A DNA stretch of 64,000 nucleotides. It comes from an uncultured Candidatus Melainabacteria bacterium (GTDB lineage: Bacteria > Cyanobacteriota > Vampirovibrionia > Gastranaerophilales > Gastranaerophilaceae). The stretch covers positions 3,299 to 67,298 of the forward strand of contig CAKUZB010000007.1 in NCBI GenBank assembly GCA_934717745.1, given 5' to 3'. The stretch's first letter is position 1; every line of letters begins with the position of its first letter. A model generated the notes under the pieces. It was not told where the DNA came from, did not search any database, and saw only the letters and a program-made list of their open reading frames with translations. The translations under genes and the position numbers were made by a program. This document shows, one piece after another, positions 30,066 to 40,087 of the stretch.

Positions 30066-30814
30066 TAAACGAAAAATCACCTCTATTCTATGAACAAGAA
30101 TATTTTGTAAGATACAGCGAAATGGATTACAAAAAACAATTAAAACCATCGGCATTTTTAAACTTTTTGCAAGACGTTGCAACAAATGCCGCAGATAAAG
30201 TTGGTTTTGGATATTACGATATTGTAGACAAAAATTTAGGGTGGTTTTTATTAAAATACCACATGGAATTTAACGATTATCCGAAAAATGTAGAAGATTT
30301 AATTTTTAAAACCGAAGCACGTGGTTGCAATAAATTATTTGCACAACGTGATTTTGAAGTTTATACTAAATCCGGTGAATTGGTTGGCAGAATTCTAAGT
30401 TACTGGACACTTGTTAACCTTGCAGATAAATCAATTGTACCTCCGTCAGAGGTTTTTCCGGACAAAATGAAAAAAGTTGAAAAAAGAGAAGACGACATGT
30501 CTTTTGCAAAAATTCATCCACTTGAAAGAATTGATTTTACAGAAGAATTCAAAGTAAGATTTGACGATATTGACGTAAATCAACACGTAAACAATATGAA
30601 TTACATAATTTGGGCTTTCGAAGCATTACCAAAGGATTTTAGAAGTAATTATAAATTAAAAACTTTAGAAATGGTTTACAAAAAAGAAATTCAATACGGA
30701 AATATTGTTTTATCAGAGGTTCAATTAGACGAAAATATTGCAAAAATTTCTGTAAAAAATAAAACAACAGACGAAGATTTATGCTTAATTGAAGCAGAAT
30801 TTGTAAAATTTTAA
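30062..30814 (+). CDS. acyl-ACP thioesterase
   Basis: Double hotdog pattern (YFVRYSEMDY.., DIDVNQHVNNMNYIIWAFEALP). ATGA overlap with the upstream stop. Confidence 0.8.
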   Translation: MINEKSPLFYEQEYFVRYSEMDYKKQLKPSAFLNFLQDVATNAADKVGFGYYDIVDKNLGWFLLKYHMEFNDYPKNVEDLIFKTEARGCNKLFAQRDFEVYTKSGELVGRILSYWTLVNLADKSIVPPSEVFPDKMKKVEKREDDMSFAKIHPLERIDFTEEFKVRFDDIDVNQHVNNMNYIIWAFEALPKDFRSNYKLKTLEMVYKKEIQYGNIVLSEVQLDENIAKISVKNKTTDEDLCLIEAEFVKF

Positions 30815-30975
30815 AAAATTCTAAAAGCATGATGAGGAGTGATTTTCAACGAGTTTTAGCAATATTAACTTATGTAACAAAAATAACAATGTTTCGTCTA
30901 AAACTAGCAAAAATCATGAGTTTTCGGACTTTATATAAATGTAGGTAAGTTTATATATTATATTGTGTGGAAACA

Positions 30976-31617
30976 ATGACAGTTAATTCAATTAGTTTGG
31001 CTCAAAATTTATTGACAACAAATAACAATACACAGTCTAAGACGTCGAATGTTTCATTTAGAGGTGGCGAAGCACCTGATTTGGAAGCATTAAAGGCAAA
31101 GCAAGACGAATTTAGGCGAATGTCAGAGCAAGTTGGCGGTCAAAATAGTACGCTTGGAAAACTTGGAAAACTTGCAACAAAGGTAATCGGTGTTGTTATT
31201 GCATTTACTGCGGCAAAAATTTGTTTGGACAAAGCGGCAAACATGATTGGTGGTGCTGTGGGTAAATATGCGGATAAAGCCGTAGAAAAAGCAACTGAAA
31301 AAGCGGCAGAAAAGGCTGTTGGTAAAACTGCGGAAGAAGCGGCAAAAATTGCAGAATCTGCAACAAAATTAGCAGGCAAAGTTGCAAAAGCAAAAAGTAT
31401 AGGTAATACAGTTCAAAAATATGCAGTTAATATTATTGCTGGTGGTGCAGCAGTGGGTACTGCAATGCAAGATTTCGGTCTTGTAAAAAAACAAGTAGCA
31501 ACAACTTCAGATAATTTAGTTGATAATGCTATTGACAATAGTAGTAGTTACGGTTATAATTCAGGTGAAGGTTCAACTTCTAATGGTGAATATAACGTTA
31601 GTGATGATGAATTTTAG
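30976..31617 (+). CDS. hypothetical membrane-associated protein with A/E/K-rich repeats and N-terminal MTVN..VSFRGG motif
   Basis: ATG 30976 preferred over GTG 30967. Hydrophobic segment VIGVVIAFTAAKI, repeats KAVEKATEKAAEKAVGKTAEEAAK, acidic tail. Confidence 0.6.
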   Translation: MTVNSISLAQNLLTTNNNTQSKTSNVSFRGGEAPDLEALKAKQDEFRRMSEQVGGQNSTLGKLGKLATKVIGVVIAFTAAKICLDKAANMIGGAVGKYADKAVEKATEKAAEKAVGKTAEEAAKIAESATKLAGKVAKAKSIGNTVQKYAVNIIAGGAAVGTAMQDFGLVKKQVATTSDNLVDNAIDNSSSYGYNSGEGSTSNGEYNVSDDEF

Positions 31618-31642
31618 GTAAAACTTAAGGAGGTTTACTGTT

Positions 31643-31981
31643 ATGATGATAAGTCCTGTTTCAGCAGCAAGAGTATCTTTCAGAGGTGTAGATGCAATGG
31701 ACGCAATTGAAAAAACTCAAAAAGCAATGCAAACTTTTAACAACCTTAAAGAAGGTAGCGATGAGTTTACAAAGAACATGAAAACAGATACTGAAGCATA
31801 TTCAGATGCAGTAACTTCAAACATAACAAAAGCAGCAGAAGAAAATGAAGCGTTGAAACCTTTAGCAGATGCGGCAAATTCAAAAGTTGGTAAAAAAATT
31901 GCTGACATCTTTGGTAGTTTCACAGCATTCTGTACAAACATTGCAGGCACAGCATCTACTGTTTCTACAATTTCTAAATAA
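31643..31981 (+). CDS. hypothetical small protein with N-terminal VSFRG motif
   Basis: 112 aa, SD AAGGAGG upstream, a terminator follows. Shares ARVSFRGVD with the upstream gene's NVSFRGGE. Confidence 0.6.
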   Translation: MMISPVSAARVSFRGVDAMDAIEKTQKAMQTFNNLKEGSDEFTKNMKTDTEAYSDAVTSNITKAAEENEALKPLADAANSKVGKKIADIFGSFTAFCTNIAGTASTVSTISK

Positions 31982-32005
31982 GAATTTTATTATAATTAAT
32001 AACAA

Positions 32006-32039
32006 AAATAGCGGACTTGAAAAAGTTCGCTATTTTTTT
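32006..32039 (+). terminator. intrinsic terminator after the 31643 gene
   Basis: ATAGCGGACTT-gaaa-AAGTTCGCTAT followed by a T-run of about seven. Confidence 0.7.
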
Positions 32040-32055
32040 ATGCTAAGATAAAAAT

Positions 32056-33210
32056 ATGAACAACATCACATTTAACATAAAAAAAGTAAATGAAAACGAT
32101 ATAATTTCAGAATTAAACAATATTGGTTTTGACAATTCATACGTGAAACAAGGTCAAAACAAATATAAATATATCAATATAAAAATTTTTGCATTAACTT
32201 TACCTCAGGCAAACATTTTAAAACAAACAGCATTGACTGTCGGTGCTGATTGTGCGGTTCACAGAGATGTTTTAACAGCAAAAATAAACTCTACTGACTG
32301 TATTTTAGGTGGAAGTTATTCGCAAATAAAGAAAATTATTCAAAAAATTCTTATGCAACCGTTTTCAATGGAAAAACTTGCACTTGAATTAGAAAATTTT
32401 TTAGCACAAGAAAACGAGAAAAAAAATCCACAAATCGTTGGCATTCTTAACTTAACAAAAAATTCTTTTTCTGATGGCGGAATGTATTACGATTTTGACA
32501 AGGCTGTCAAGCATTTGAACGAAATGATTGAAGATGGTGCAGACATTATTGATATTGGTGCAGAAAGTACGAAACCTTACTCTACTCCGGTAAGTGCTGA
32601 TGAGCAACTTGCGGTGATAGAACCAATTATGAAGTACATCAGTAATCGCAATATTGTTGTACCAATTAGTATCGATACTCGCTCTGCTGAGGTTGCGAAA
32701 CGCACAATAGATTTGGGTGCGTCTATAATTAATGATGTTTCCGGATTTGATTATGATGAAAATATGGCAAATGTAGTTGCTGAGGCTGGAGTTAAGGTTA
32801 TTTTACAACATTCTCAAGGTACTCCGGAGAATATGCAAAATAACCCTCAGTATGAAAATTTAATTGACGACATTTTTTTAAATTTAAAAAATATAAAATT
32901 AAAGAAAGCATTAGAGTCAGGAATTAAAAAAGAAAATGTAATTCTTGATGTTGGTATTGGTTTTGGAAAAACAAGGGGACAAAATTTTGAACTTTTGAGA
33001 AGAATTGATGAATTTAAATCAATTGGTTGCGAAATTATGCTTGGTTTATCAAGAAAAAGTTTGCTTGACATGAAAGATGCAACAAACGAAGAAAAAGATA
33101 TTTTCACAACAGCCCTAAATGTGATAGCAATTGAAAAAAATGTGGAATATCTTCGAGTACACAATGTAAAAATGCACAAAAAACTCGTAGAATTAATGAA
33201 TAATTTTTAG
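32056..33210 (+). CDS. folP: dihydropteroate synthase with ~115-aa N-terminal extension
   Basis: Pterin-binding core GILNLTKNSFSDGG, DIIDIGAESTKP, DVGIGFGK, RVHNV. Confidence 0.9.
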   Translation: MNNITFNIKKVNENDIISELNNIGFDNSYVKQGQNKYKYINIKIFALTLPQANILKQTALTVGADCAVHRDVLTAKINSTDCILGGSYSQIKKIIQKILMQPFSMEKLALELENFLAQENEKKNPQIVGILNLTKNSFSDGGMYYDFDKAVKHLNEMIEDGADIIDIGAESTKPYSTPVSADEQLAVIEPIMKYISNRNIVVPISIDTRSAEVAKRTIDLGASIINDVSGFDYDENMANVVAEAGVKVILQHSQGTPENMQNNPQYENLIDDIFLNLKNIKLKKALESGIKKENVILDVGIGFGKTRGQNFELLRRIDEFKSIGCEIMLGLSRKSLLDMKDATNEEKDIFTTALNVIAIEKNVEYLRVHNVKMHKKLVELMNNF

Positions 33211-33218
33211 GAGAAACG

Positions 33219-33905
33219 ATGGAAGTACTAGCAATAATTCCAGCCAGAGGCGGTTCAAAAGGGATACCAATGAAAAACATAAAAGAACTTGCAGGATACC
33301 CTTTAATTTATTACTCAATTAAAGCGGGGCAAGATTCTAAATATGTAACAAGAACTGTGCTTTCAACAGAAAATGAACAAATAAAAAAAGTTGCAGAAAA
33401 TTTCAATTGCGAAGTTATTGACCGCCCAAAGGAACTTGCTCAAGACGAAACAAAAACAATTCCTGTTCTAATTCAAGTTTGTGATGAATTAAAAAAAAGA
33501 GAAAATTATGTTCCTGACGTTGTTGTTTTACTTCAGCCAACAACTCCAACAAGAGATGCAAAACAACTAGACGAAGCATTTGATATATTTTTGAACAAAG
33601 ATTGCGATTCGGTTTTTGCCGTTCAAAGTCTTGGAACAACTCATTCAAAATGGCGTCAAAATCCTAAAACTAAGGAGTTTGAATGTCTTTTTGATTACAG
33701 AAATCGTCCTCGTAGACAAGATGAAGATTTGCATTATCCGATGTTTACAGAAACAGGTTCTATATATATAATTAAAAGAGATGTGATGTATGAAGTTAAT
33801 GATTTTATTGGCAAAAAACCACAGATTTACTTGTCAAAATACAATGACATCGACACTTTAGAAGATTTTGAAACCGTTTCAAAAATATTAGAGGAAAACA
33901 AATAA
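33219..33905 (+). CDS. acylneuraminate/nonulosonate cytidylyltransferase family protein (CMP-sugar synthetase)
   Basis: AIIPARGGSKGIPMKNI N-terminus and LQPTTPTR motif, typical of NeuA/PseF/LegF-type enzymes. Confidence 0.8.
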   Translation: MEVLAIIPARGGSKGIPMKNIKELAGYPLIYYSIKAGQDSKYVTRTVLSTENEQIKKVAENFNCEVIDRPKELAQDETKTIPVLIQVCDELKKRENYVPDVVVLLQPTTPTRDAKQLDEAFDIFLNKDCDSVFAVQSLGTTHSKWRQNPKTKEFECLFDYRNRPRRQDEDLHYPMFTETGSIYIIKRDVMYEVNDFIGKKPQIYLSKYNDIDTLEDFETVSKILEENK

Positions 33906-34582
33906 TGAATGAAATATTATTTTTAGTATCATTAATTATAAATTTTAGTTGTGTACTTTTTGCATATAAATTTTTCGGCAAAATCGGTATTTTTTGTTGG
34001 ATTGCAATGGCAACTGTAATAGCAAATATCGAAGTTTTAAAGTGTGTGGACATTTTTAACATGGCACTTACACTTGGAAACGTAACTTACGGTTCAATTT
34101 TTTTGGCTACAGATATTTTAAACGAAAAATATGGTATTGAAGATGCTCAAAAAAGTGTCTACATTGGATTTTTTGCACTTTTATCCTTCACTGTTTTAAC
34201 ACAGGTTGATCTACACTACATTTCAAATTCCTCAGATTTCGCAGGCGAAGCGATGAAAACTCTGTTTAGCATAACTCCTAGAATCTGTTTTGGTAGTATG
34301 TTTGCATATTTTATTTCAAATATGCTGGATGTATATTTATATATGTTGATAAAAAAAGTGCTTCCGTCTGATAAATTTTTATGGGTCAGAAACAATGCCG
34401 CAACAATGGTTAGTCAATTTATCGACACAATAATTTTTACTTTAATTGCGTTTGCAGGCGTATTTTCACCTAACATTTTATTCCAATTGATAATAACTAC
34501 ATATGCAATAAAACTACTTATTGCATTACTCGACACTCCATTTTTATACGTTGCAAAACGAATAAAAATTGAGAACAAATAA
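33905..34582 (+). CDS. yhhQ: queuosine precursor transporter (YhhQ/VUT, DUF165)
   Basis: Polytopic 225-aa protein with the YhhQ-like pattern (GNVTYGSIFLATDILNEKYG, SQFIDTIIF). Confidence 0.75.
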   Translation: MNEILFLVSLIINFSCVLFAYKFFGKIGIFCWIAMATVIANIEVLKCVDIFNMALTLGNVTYGSIFLATDILNEKYGIEDAQKSVYIGFFALLSFTVLTQVDLHYISNSSDFAGEAMKTLFSITPRICFGSMFAYFISNMLDVYLYMLIKKVLPSDKFLWVRNNAATMVSQFIDTIIFTLIAFAGVFSPNILFQLIITTYAIKLLIALLDTPFLYVAKRIKIENK

Positions 34583-34588
34583 GGAAAG

Positions 34589-34618
34589 TTTTCACGATTA
34601 AATTTTTAATCGTGAAAA
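34589..34618. promoter_or_regulatory. perfect inverted repeat TTTTCACGATTAAA-tt-TTTAATCGTGAAAA
   Basis: 14-bp arms located between the yhhQ stop and the adhE promoter. There is no downstream T-run, so it is not a canonical terminator. It may be an operator. Confidence 0.4.
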
Positions 34619-34664
34619 AAATAACAGTGTAAAGAGTTGTAAATAAAGAAAAAAATAATAAGGG

Positions 34665-34693
34665 TTGACAAAACACTTATTATTTTTTATACT
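34665..34693 (+). promoter_or_regulatory. sigma70-type promoter of adhE
   Basis: TTGACA-17nt-TATACT, about 45 nt upstream of the adhE ATG. Confidence 0.65.
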
Positions 34694-34738
34694 GTTAATA
34701 AGGAAATAAATCACAATTAAAAAAGGAGATACAAACAA

Positions 34739-37438
34739 ATGCCAAAAACAACAACAAAGAAGGCTTCAACAAAAAAGACTTCTAACAAACAAACAGATGT
34801 TGAAAAATTAGAAAAAGCATACAATTCTTCTAATTTAGTAGACAGCGTAGAATCATTCGAATTATTAATCGACAGAGTACACAAAGCACAAGAAGAATAT
34901 TCTCATTTTTCACAAGAACAAGTAGATAAAATCTTCAAAGCAGCAGCAACTGCGGCAGACAAAGCACGTATTCCTCTTGCTCGTATGGCTGTTGAAGAAA
35001 CTGGAATGGGTGTTTTAGAAGATAAAATCATCAAAAATCACTTCGCTTCAGAATACATTTACAACAAACATAAAAACGTAAAAACTTGCGGTGTTATAAA
35101 AGAAGATAAAGCAAACGGTATCAAAATCGTTGCAGAACCTTTAGGTGTGTTAGCAGGTATTATCCCAACAACAAACCCAACTTCAACAGCAATCTTTAAA
35201 TCATTGATTGCATTGAAAACTAGAAATGCAATTATCTTTTCACCTCACCCAAGAGCAACAAAATCAACAATTGCAGCAGCAAAATTAGTTTTAGAAGCAG
35301 CAGTTGAAGCCGGTGCACCAAGAGATATTATTGGTTGGATTGATGTTCCGTCAATTGAATTATCAAGTGCTTTGATGAAACACCCAAAAATTGATTGCAT
35401 CTTAGCAACAGGTGGTCCTGGCATGGTAAAAGCAGCATATTCATCAGGTAATCCTGCATTAGGTGTAGGTCCGGGTAATACTTCTGCGGTAATTGATGAA
35501 ACAGCAGATATTAAAATGGCAGTTTCTTCAATTCTTATGTCAAAAACATTTGATAACGGTATGATTTGTGCATCAGAACAATCAGTAGTTGTTGTAGAAG
35601 ATGTTTATGAAGAAGTTAAAAAAGAATTTGTATATCGTGGTGCATATCTTGTAAATAAAGCAGAACAAAAGAAAATGGTAGATTTACCATTCATCGACCC
35701 TGCAAGAGGAACTGCTCACCCTGCAATCGTTGGTCAATCAGCACATAAAATCGCTGAATTATCAGGATTTAAAACTCCGGAAAATGCAAAAGTTCTTTTA
35801 GTTGAAAGACCTGAAGTAGATTGGAATGACCCATTCTCAAGAGAAAAATTATCTCCAATCCTTTCATTATACAAAGCAAAAGATTATGAACAAGCAGCAG
35901 AAATGGCTTATGAATTAGTAAGCAAAGGTGGTGCAGGTCATACATCAGTATTGTACACAGATGAAAGAAAGAGCGAAAGAATCAACAAATACGCTGAAAA
36001 AATGCCTACTTGCCGTGTATTAATTAACTCTCCATCATCTCAAGGTGGTATCGGTGATTTATACAACTTCAAATTAGAACCATCATTAACACTTGGTTGC
36101 GGCTCTTGGGGTGGCAATGCAGTTTCAGGTAACGTTGGTGTTGAACACTTATTAAACTACAAAACTGTAGCGGAAAGGAGAGAAAATATGTTATGGTTTA
36201 AAGCCCCTTCTAAAATCTACTTCAAGAGAGGTGCTACTGACTTAGCATTAAGAGAATTACAAGGTAAAAAACGTGCATTTATCGTAACAGATAGTTTCTT
36301 ATACAATTCAGGTGCAGTTAATAAAATCACTAACGTATTAGACGAAATCGGTATTGAACACCAAGTATTCTTCGATGTTAAACCGGACCCAACATTATCA
36401 ACAATTAATCAAGCAATGTCTATTTTAAAACCATTTGAACCTGATGTAATCATTTCATTAGGTGGTGGTTCTCCAATGGACGCTGCAAAAATTATGTGGT
36501 TAATGTATGAACAACCTGATACAGTATTTGAAGATATTTCAATGAGATTTATGGATATTAGAAAGAGAATCTGTCAATTACCGGAATTAGGTAAAAAAGC
36601 AACAATGGTTGCAATTCCTACAACTTCAGGTACAGGTTCAGAAGTAACTCCATTTGCTATCATTACAGATGATGAAACTCACGTTAAATATGCAATTGCA
36701 GATTACGCATTAACTCCAAATATGGCAATCATCGACCCTAACTTTGTTGATGGTATGCCAAAAGGCTTAACTTCTGCATCAGGTATTGACGCATTAGTTC
36801 ACGCAATTGAAGCATACGTATCTTGTATGGCAACTAACTTCACTAATTCAAATGCTTTAGAAGCAACAAAATTAGTATTTAAATATTTGGAAAGAAGTTA
36901 CAATGAGGGTGCTAATGACCCTATCGCAAGAGAAAAAATGCACTATGCAGCAACAATCGCTGGTATGGCATTTGCAAACTCTTTCTTAGGTCTATGCCAC
37001 TCAATGGCTCACAAACTAGGCGCTATGTATCACGTTCCACATGGTGTTGCAAACGCATTGTTAATCAGACAAATTATTAAATATAACTCATCTGATGCAC
37101 CTAGAAAACAAGCAACATTCCCTCAATATAAATATCCATGTGCTAAAATGAAATACGGTCAAATTGCTGATGAATTACAATTAGGCGGTAAAAATGATGA
37201 TGAAAAAGTTAAATTATTGATTAAATCAATCGATAAATTAATGAAAGCAATCAACTTACCAAATTCTATTGAAGAATTCATCACTAAAAATGGCTACACT
37301 AAACAATATTGGGAAGAACATCTTGATGAATTAGTTGAATTAGCATTCGACGATCAATGTACTGGTGCAAACCCTGTATATCCGTTGATGAGCGAAATTA
37401 AACAAATTTACACAGATGCATTTAACGGTGTAGTTTAA
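34739..37438 (+). CDS. adhE: bifunctional acetaldehyde-CoA/alcohol dehydrogenase
   Basis: 899 aa. N-terminal ALDH domain (catalytic Cys context FDNGMICASEQS) and C-terminal iron-ADH domain (GGGSPMDAAK, HSMAHKLG). Confidence 0.97.
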   Translation: MPKTTTKKASTKKTSNKQTDVEKLEKAYNSSNLVDSVESFELLIDRVHKAQEEYSHFSQEQVDKIFKAAATAADKARIPLARMAVEETGMGVLEDKIIKNHFASEYIYNKHKNVKTCGVIKEDKANGIKIVAEPLGVLAGIIPTTNPTSTAIFKSLIALKTRNAIIFSPHPRATKSTIAAAKLVLEAAVEAGAPRDIIGWIDVPSIELSSALMKHPKIDCILATGGPGMVKAAYSSGNPALGVGPGNTSAVIDETADIKMAVSSILMSKTFDNGMICASEQSVVVVEDVYEEVKKEFVYRGAYLVNKAEQKKMVDLPFIDPARGTAHPAIVGQSAHKIAELSGFKTPENAKVLLVERPEVDWNDPFSREKLSPILSLYKAKDYEQAAEMAYELVSKGGAGHTSVLYTDERKSERINKYAEKMPTCRVLINSPSSQGGIGDLYNFKLEPSLTLGCGSWGGNAVSGNVGVEHLLNYKTVAERRENMLWFKAPSKIYFKRGATDLALRELQGKKRAFIVTDSFLYNSGAVNKITNVLDEIGIEHQVFFDVKPDPTLSTINQAMSILKPFEPDVIISLGGGSPMDAAKIMWLMYEQPDTVFEDISMRFMDIRKRICQLPELGKKATMVAIPTTSGTGSEVTPFAIITDDETHVKYAIADYALTPNMAIIDPNFVDGMPKGLTSASGIDALVHAIEAYVSCMATNFTNSNALEATKLVFKYLERSYNEGANDPIAREKMHYAATIAGMAFANSFLGLCHSMAHKLGAMYHVPHGVANALLIRQIIKYNSSDAPRKQATFPQYKYPCAKMKYGQIADELQLGGKNDDEKVKLLIKSIDKLMKAINLPNSIEEFITKNGYTKQYWEEHLDELVELAFDDQCTGANPVYPLMSEIKQIYTDAFNGVV

Positions 37439-37451
37439 TAAATTAATTTAA

Positions 37452-37483
37452 ATAGGGCATTCTATAAGAGTGCCCTATTTTTT
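37452..37483 (+). terminator. intrinsic terminator after adhE
   Basis: ATAGGGCA-11nt loop-TGCCCTAT followed by TTTTT. Confidence 0.7.
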
Positions 37484-37501
37484 AACTAAATGAGGTAAGG
37501 T

Positions 37502-38131
37502 ATGAATATTCCTGACAAAGTAATTGATAGATTAACTTTGTATCATTACATTTTAGATGATTTTGACAAAGAAGATAGAGAGGCTTATATTTCAAGCACT
37601 CAAATTGCGGACTTGTTAAATATTGATGATTCACAAGTTAGAAAAGATATTAAATACTTAAATAATACAGGAAAATGTAGAGTTGGCTATAACGTTTTTG
37701 AATTAAAAAACGCAATAGAAAAAACTTTAGGTTTTGAACAAACAAAAAGTGCATTCATTATTGGTGCAGGAAATTTAGGTTCTGCACTTGCAAAATACGA
37801 TGGCTTTGCAAATTATGGCTTGAATGTACTTGCAATGTTCGATAATAATCCAATAAAAGTGGGTACAACAATTAATAATAAAGAAGTTTTTCACACAAGT
37901 AAATTAGCCGACTTAGTAAAAAGATTAAATGTCGAAATTGCAATATTGACAGTTCCTGGGGAATTTGCTCAAGATAGTGCAACTTTTTTGGCAAGTTCCG
38001 GAATAAAATATATTTGGAATTTTACTCCAAGAATTTTACACGTAGGCAAAGATATTAAGGTTTGGAACGAAAACTTAATTGGAAGTTTTCTACAATTCAC
38101 AAGAAATAGTAAAGATACCGTTTTATTATGA
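37502..38131 (+). CDS. rex: redox-sensing transcriptional repressor Rex
   Basis: N-terminal wHTH (RLTLYHYIL..ISSTQIADLL) and Rossmann GAGNLGSAL. The stop overlaps the next start (ATGA). Confidence 0.9.
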   Translation: MNIPDKVIDRLTLYHYILDDFDKEDREAYISSTQIADLLNIDDSQVRKDIKYLNNTGKCRVGYNVFELKNAIEKTLGFEQTKSAFIIGAGNLGSALAKYDGFANYGLNVLAMFDNNPIKVGTTINNKEVFHTSKLADLVKRLNVEIAILTVPGEFAQDSATFLASSGIKYIWNFTPRILHVGKDIKVWNENLIGSFLQFTRNSKDTVLL

Positions 38132-38364
38132 CAAAAGAAATAAAAGTTTGTATGGGCAGTGCTTGCTTTGCAAGAGGAAATGCAGACAATTTAGTAGTAA
38201 TAGAAAAATATATTAAAGATAATAATTTGAACACAAAAGTAGAACTTATGGGTTCTCGTTGCGAAAATGATTGTGCAAATGGACCACACATTTTTGTAAA
38301 CGGCAAAAAATACTCAGGGGTTACAACACAACAAATTGAAGAAATAATGAAAGAACTTTTATAG
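38128..38364 (+). CDS. thioredoxin-like [2Fe-2S] ferredoxin (NuoE/HydC-like, small)
   Basis: 78 aa with Cys pattern CMGSAC..GSRCENDC. Confidence 0.7.
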   Translation: MTKEIKVCMGSACFARGNADNLVVIEKYIKDNNLNTKVELMGSRCENDCANGPHIFVNGKKYSGVTTQQIEEIMKELL

Positions 38365-40086
38365 ATGACCGATTGTTATTCTGTTTATACACTAAAAAAT
38401 GAATGTTTAGACTGTTACAAATGCGTAAGAGAGTGCCATATAAAAGCCATTAAAATTCAAGATGGCAGTGCATCTGTAATAAAAGAAAAATGTATTGCTT
38501 GTGGACACTGTGTTATGGTGTGTCCTTCGGGTGCTAAAAAAGTCAGAAATGATATTGATAAAGTTAAGACTTTAATAAAAGCACAGAAAAAAGTCTATGT
38601 ATCTTTAGCACCAAGTTGGGCAGGAATTTATGATTTAACCCCCGACAAAATGATTGCTACTCTTAAAAGATTGGGTTTTTATGCTGTAAGTGAAACAGCC
38701 TTAGGTGCTCAAGATGTTTCAATCAAATGTGCTGAAATTTTGAATAATGCAGAAAACGGCTTATATATTTCAAGTGCCTGTCCGGTAATTGTGGATTACA
38801 TTAAGTTGTACAAGCCGGAATTAGCAAAAAATATTGTAAATGTAGCATCTCCGGCATTAACGCATGCAAAAATGTTAAAAGAAAAATATGGCAATGATAT
38901 TAGTGTCGTATTCATCGGACCTTGTATAGGAAAGAAAAATGAAGCAGATAACAATCCTGAATACATAGATGTTTCATTAACATTTGAAGAATTAAACTTT
39001 TGGATTAATGATGAATTTGTAAATATTAATGAATTAGAAGTTAAAGAGTCTGATAAATTCATACCGGAAGATGCGTACGAGGGTGCGTTGTATCCAATTG
39101 AGGGCGGAATGAATGAAACTATTAAACAAGTTGGAGTTGATGAAAATGTAACTTTAATAAGTTTGAGCGGACTTCAAGCCTTTGATAGAGCAGTTGATGG
39201 CTTAGATTTATCAACTATAAATAAAAAAATCTTTATTGAAGCACTTTCGTGTGAATCAGGTTGTGTAAACGGACCTTGTAGTTCAAGCAAAAAAGCGGGT
39301 TTAACAATATCTTCTGACATAATGTCAAAAGTTAAATACAGAGATAATATTCCGCAAAAAGCACAAACTGTTTTCGAAAAAAATTACAAAGGAACACCTT
39401 TAATTGAAGATGATGTAACTTTTGCACAAATCCAAAAAGCATTGCAAAAAATTGGAAAACATACCCCTGAAAACGAATTAAATTGTGGCGGTTGTGGATA
39501 TTCAACTTGTCGTGATATGGCAAAAGCCTTGGTAAAAGGTGATGCTGAACCGTCAATGTGTGTTTCTTATATGCGAAAAATTGCAATGAGAAAAGCCGCA
39601 GCAATGTTAAGAAGTATGCCGTCAGCAATTGTTATGGTGGACAAAGATTTGAACATTATAGAAGCCAATGACGCATTTATGCGAATGTTCTGTGGTGATA
39701 TGTATGAAGTATTTGCGAACAGAAAAGAAGGACTTTCAGGTGCGGCAATTGATAGAATTATCACATTTGGCGACTTGTTTGCTGAAATTTTGAATTCAGG
39801 TTGCGACATGCACAAATCTCATTATCACGTTGGAAATAAATTGTATGATATTAACGCATTTACTATTGAAAAAGGCGAAATTGTCGGTGCTGTAATTACT
39901 GACGTTACAAAAGCAGAAATTGACAGAGAAAAAATTGCATCAAAAGCAAGAGAAGTTATAACAAAAAATATTGCAAAAGTTCAAGAAATTGCTTGTTTAT
40001 TAGGTGAGCATATGGTTGAAACAGAAGTTCTTTTAAGTTCAATCGCAGAGGATTACGCAAGCGACGACGAGTCAGAGGATTCTTAA
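38365..40086 (+). CDS. hydS: sensory-type [FeFe]-hydrogenase homolog with C-terminal 4-Cys motif and PAS domain (HydS/HfsB-like)
   Basis: 2x 4Fe-4S ferredoxin motifs. H-domain with variant motifs SSACP, GPCIGKKNE, ALSCESGCVNGP. CGGCGYSTC..C motif followed by a PAS-like region. Confidence 0.8.
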   Translation: MTDCYSVYTLKNECLDCYKCVRECHIKAIKIQDGSASVIKEKCIACGHCVMVCPSGAKKVRNDIDKVKTLIKAQKKVYVSLAPSWAGIYDLTPDKMIATLKRLGFYAVSETALGAQDVSIKCAEILNNAENGLYISSACPVIVDYIKLYKPELAKNIVNVASPALTHAKMLKEKYGNDISVVFIGPCIGKKNEADNNPEYIDVSLTFEELNFWINDEFVNINELEVKESDKFIPEDAYEGALYPIEGGMNETIKQVGVDENVTLISLSGLQAFDRAVDGLDLSTINKKIFIEALSCESGCVNGPCSSSKKAGLTISSDIMSKVKYRDNIPQKAQTVFEKNYKGTPLIEDDVTFAQIQKALQKIGKHTPENELNCGGCGYSTCRDMAKALVKGDAEPSMCVSYMRKIAMRKAAAMLRSMPSAIVMVDKDLNIIEANDAFMRMFCGDMYEVFANRKEGLSGAAIDRIITFGDLFAEILNSGCDMHKSHYHVGNKLYDINAFTIEKGEIVGAVITDVTKAEIDREKIASKAREVITKNIAKVQEIACLLGEHMVETEVLLSSIAEDYASDDESEDS

Positions 40087-40087
40087 A

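Noticed and set aside
34694-34720. A possible Rex operator (TGTTAA..TCACAA) in the adhE 5' UTR.
   Set aside because: The half-sites are about 5 bp too far apart compared with the 18-bp TTGTGAA-N4-TTCACAA consensus. Similarly, the 34589-34618 palindrome has its TTCAC/GTGAA halves in everted orientation with 16-bp spacing.
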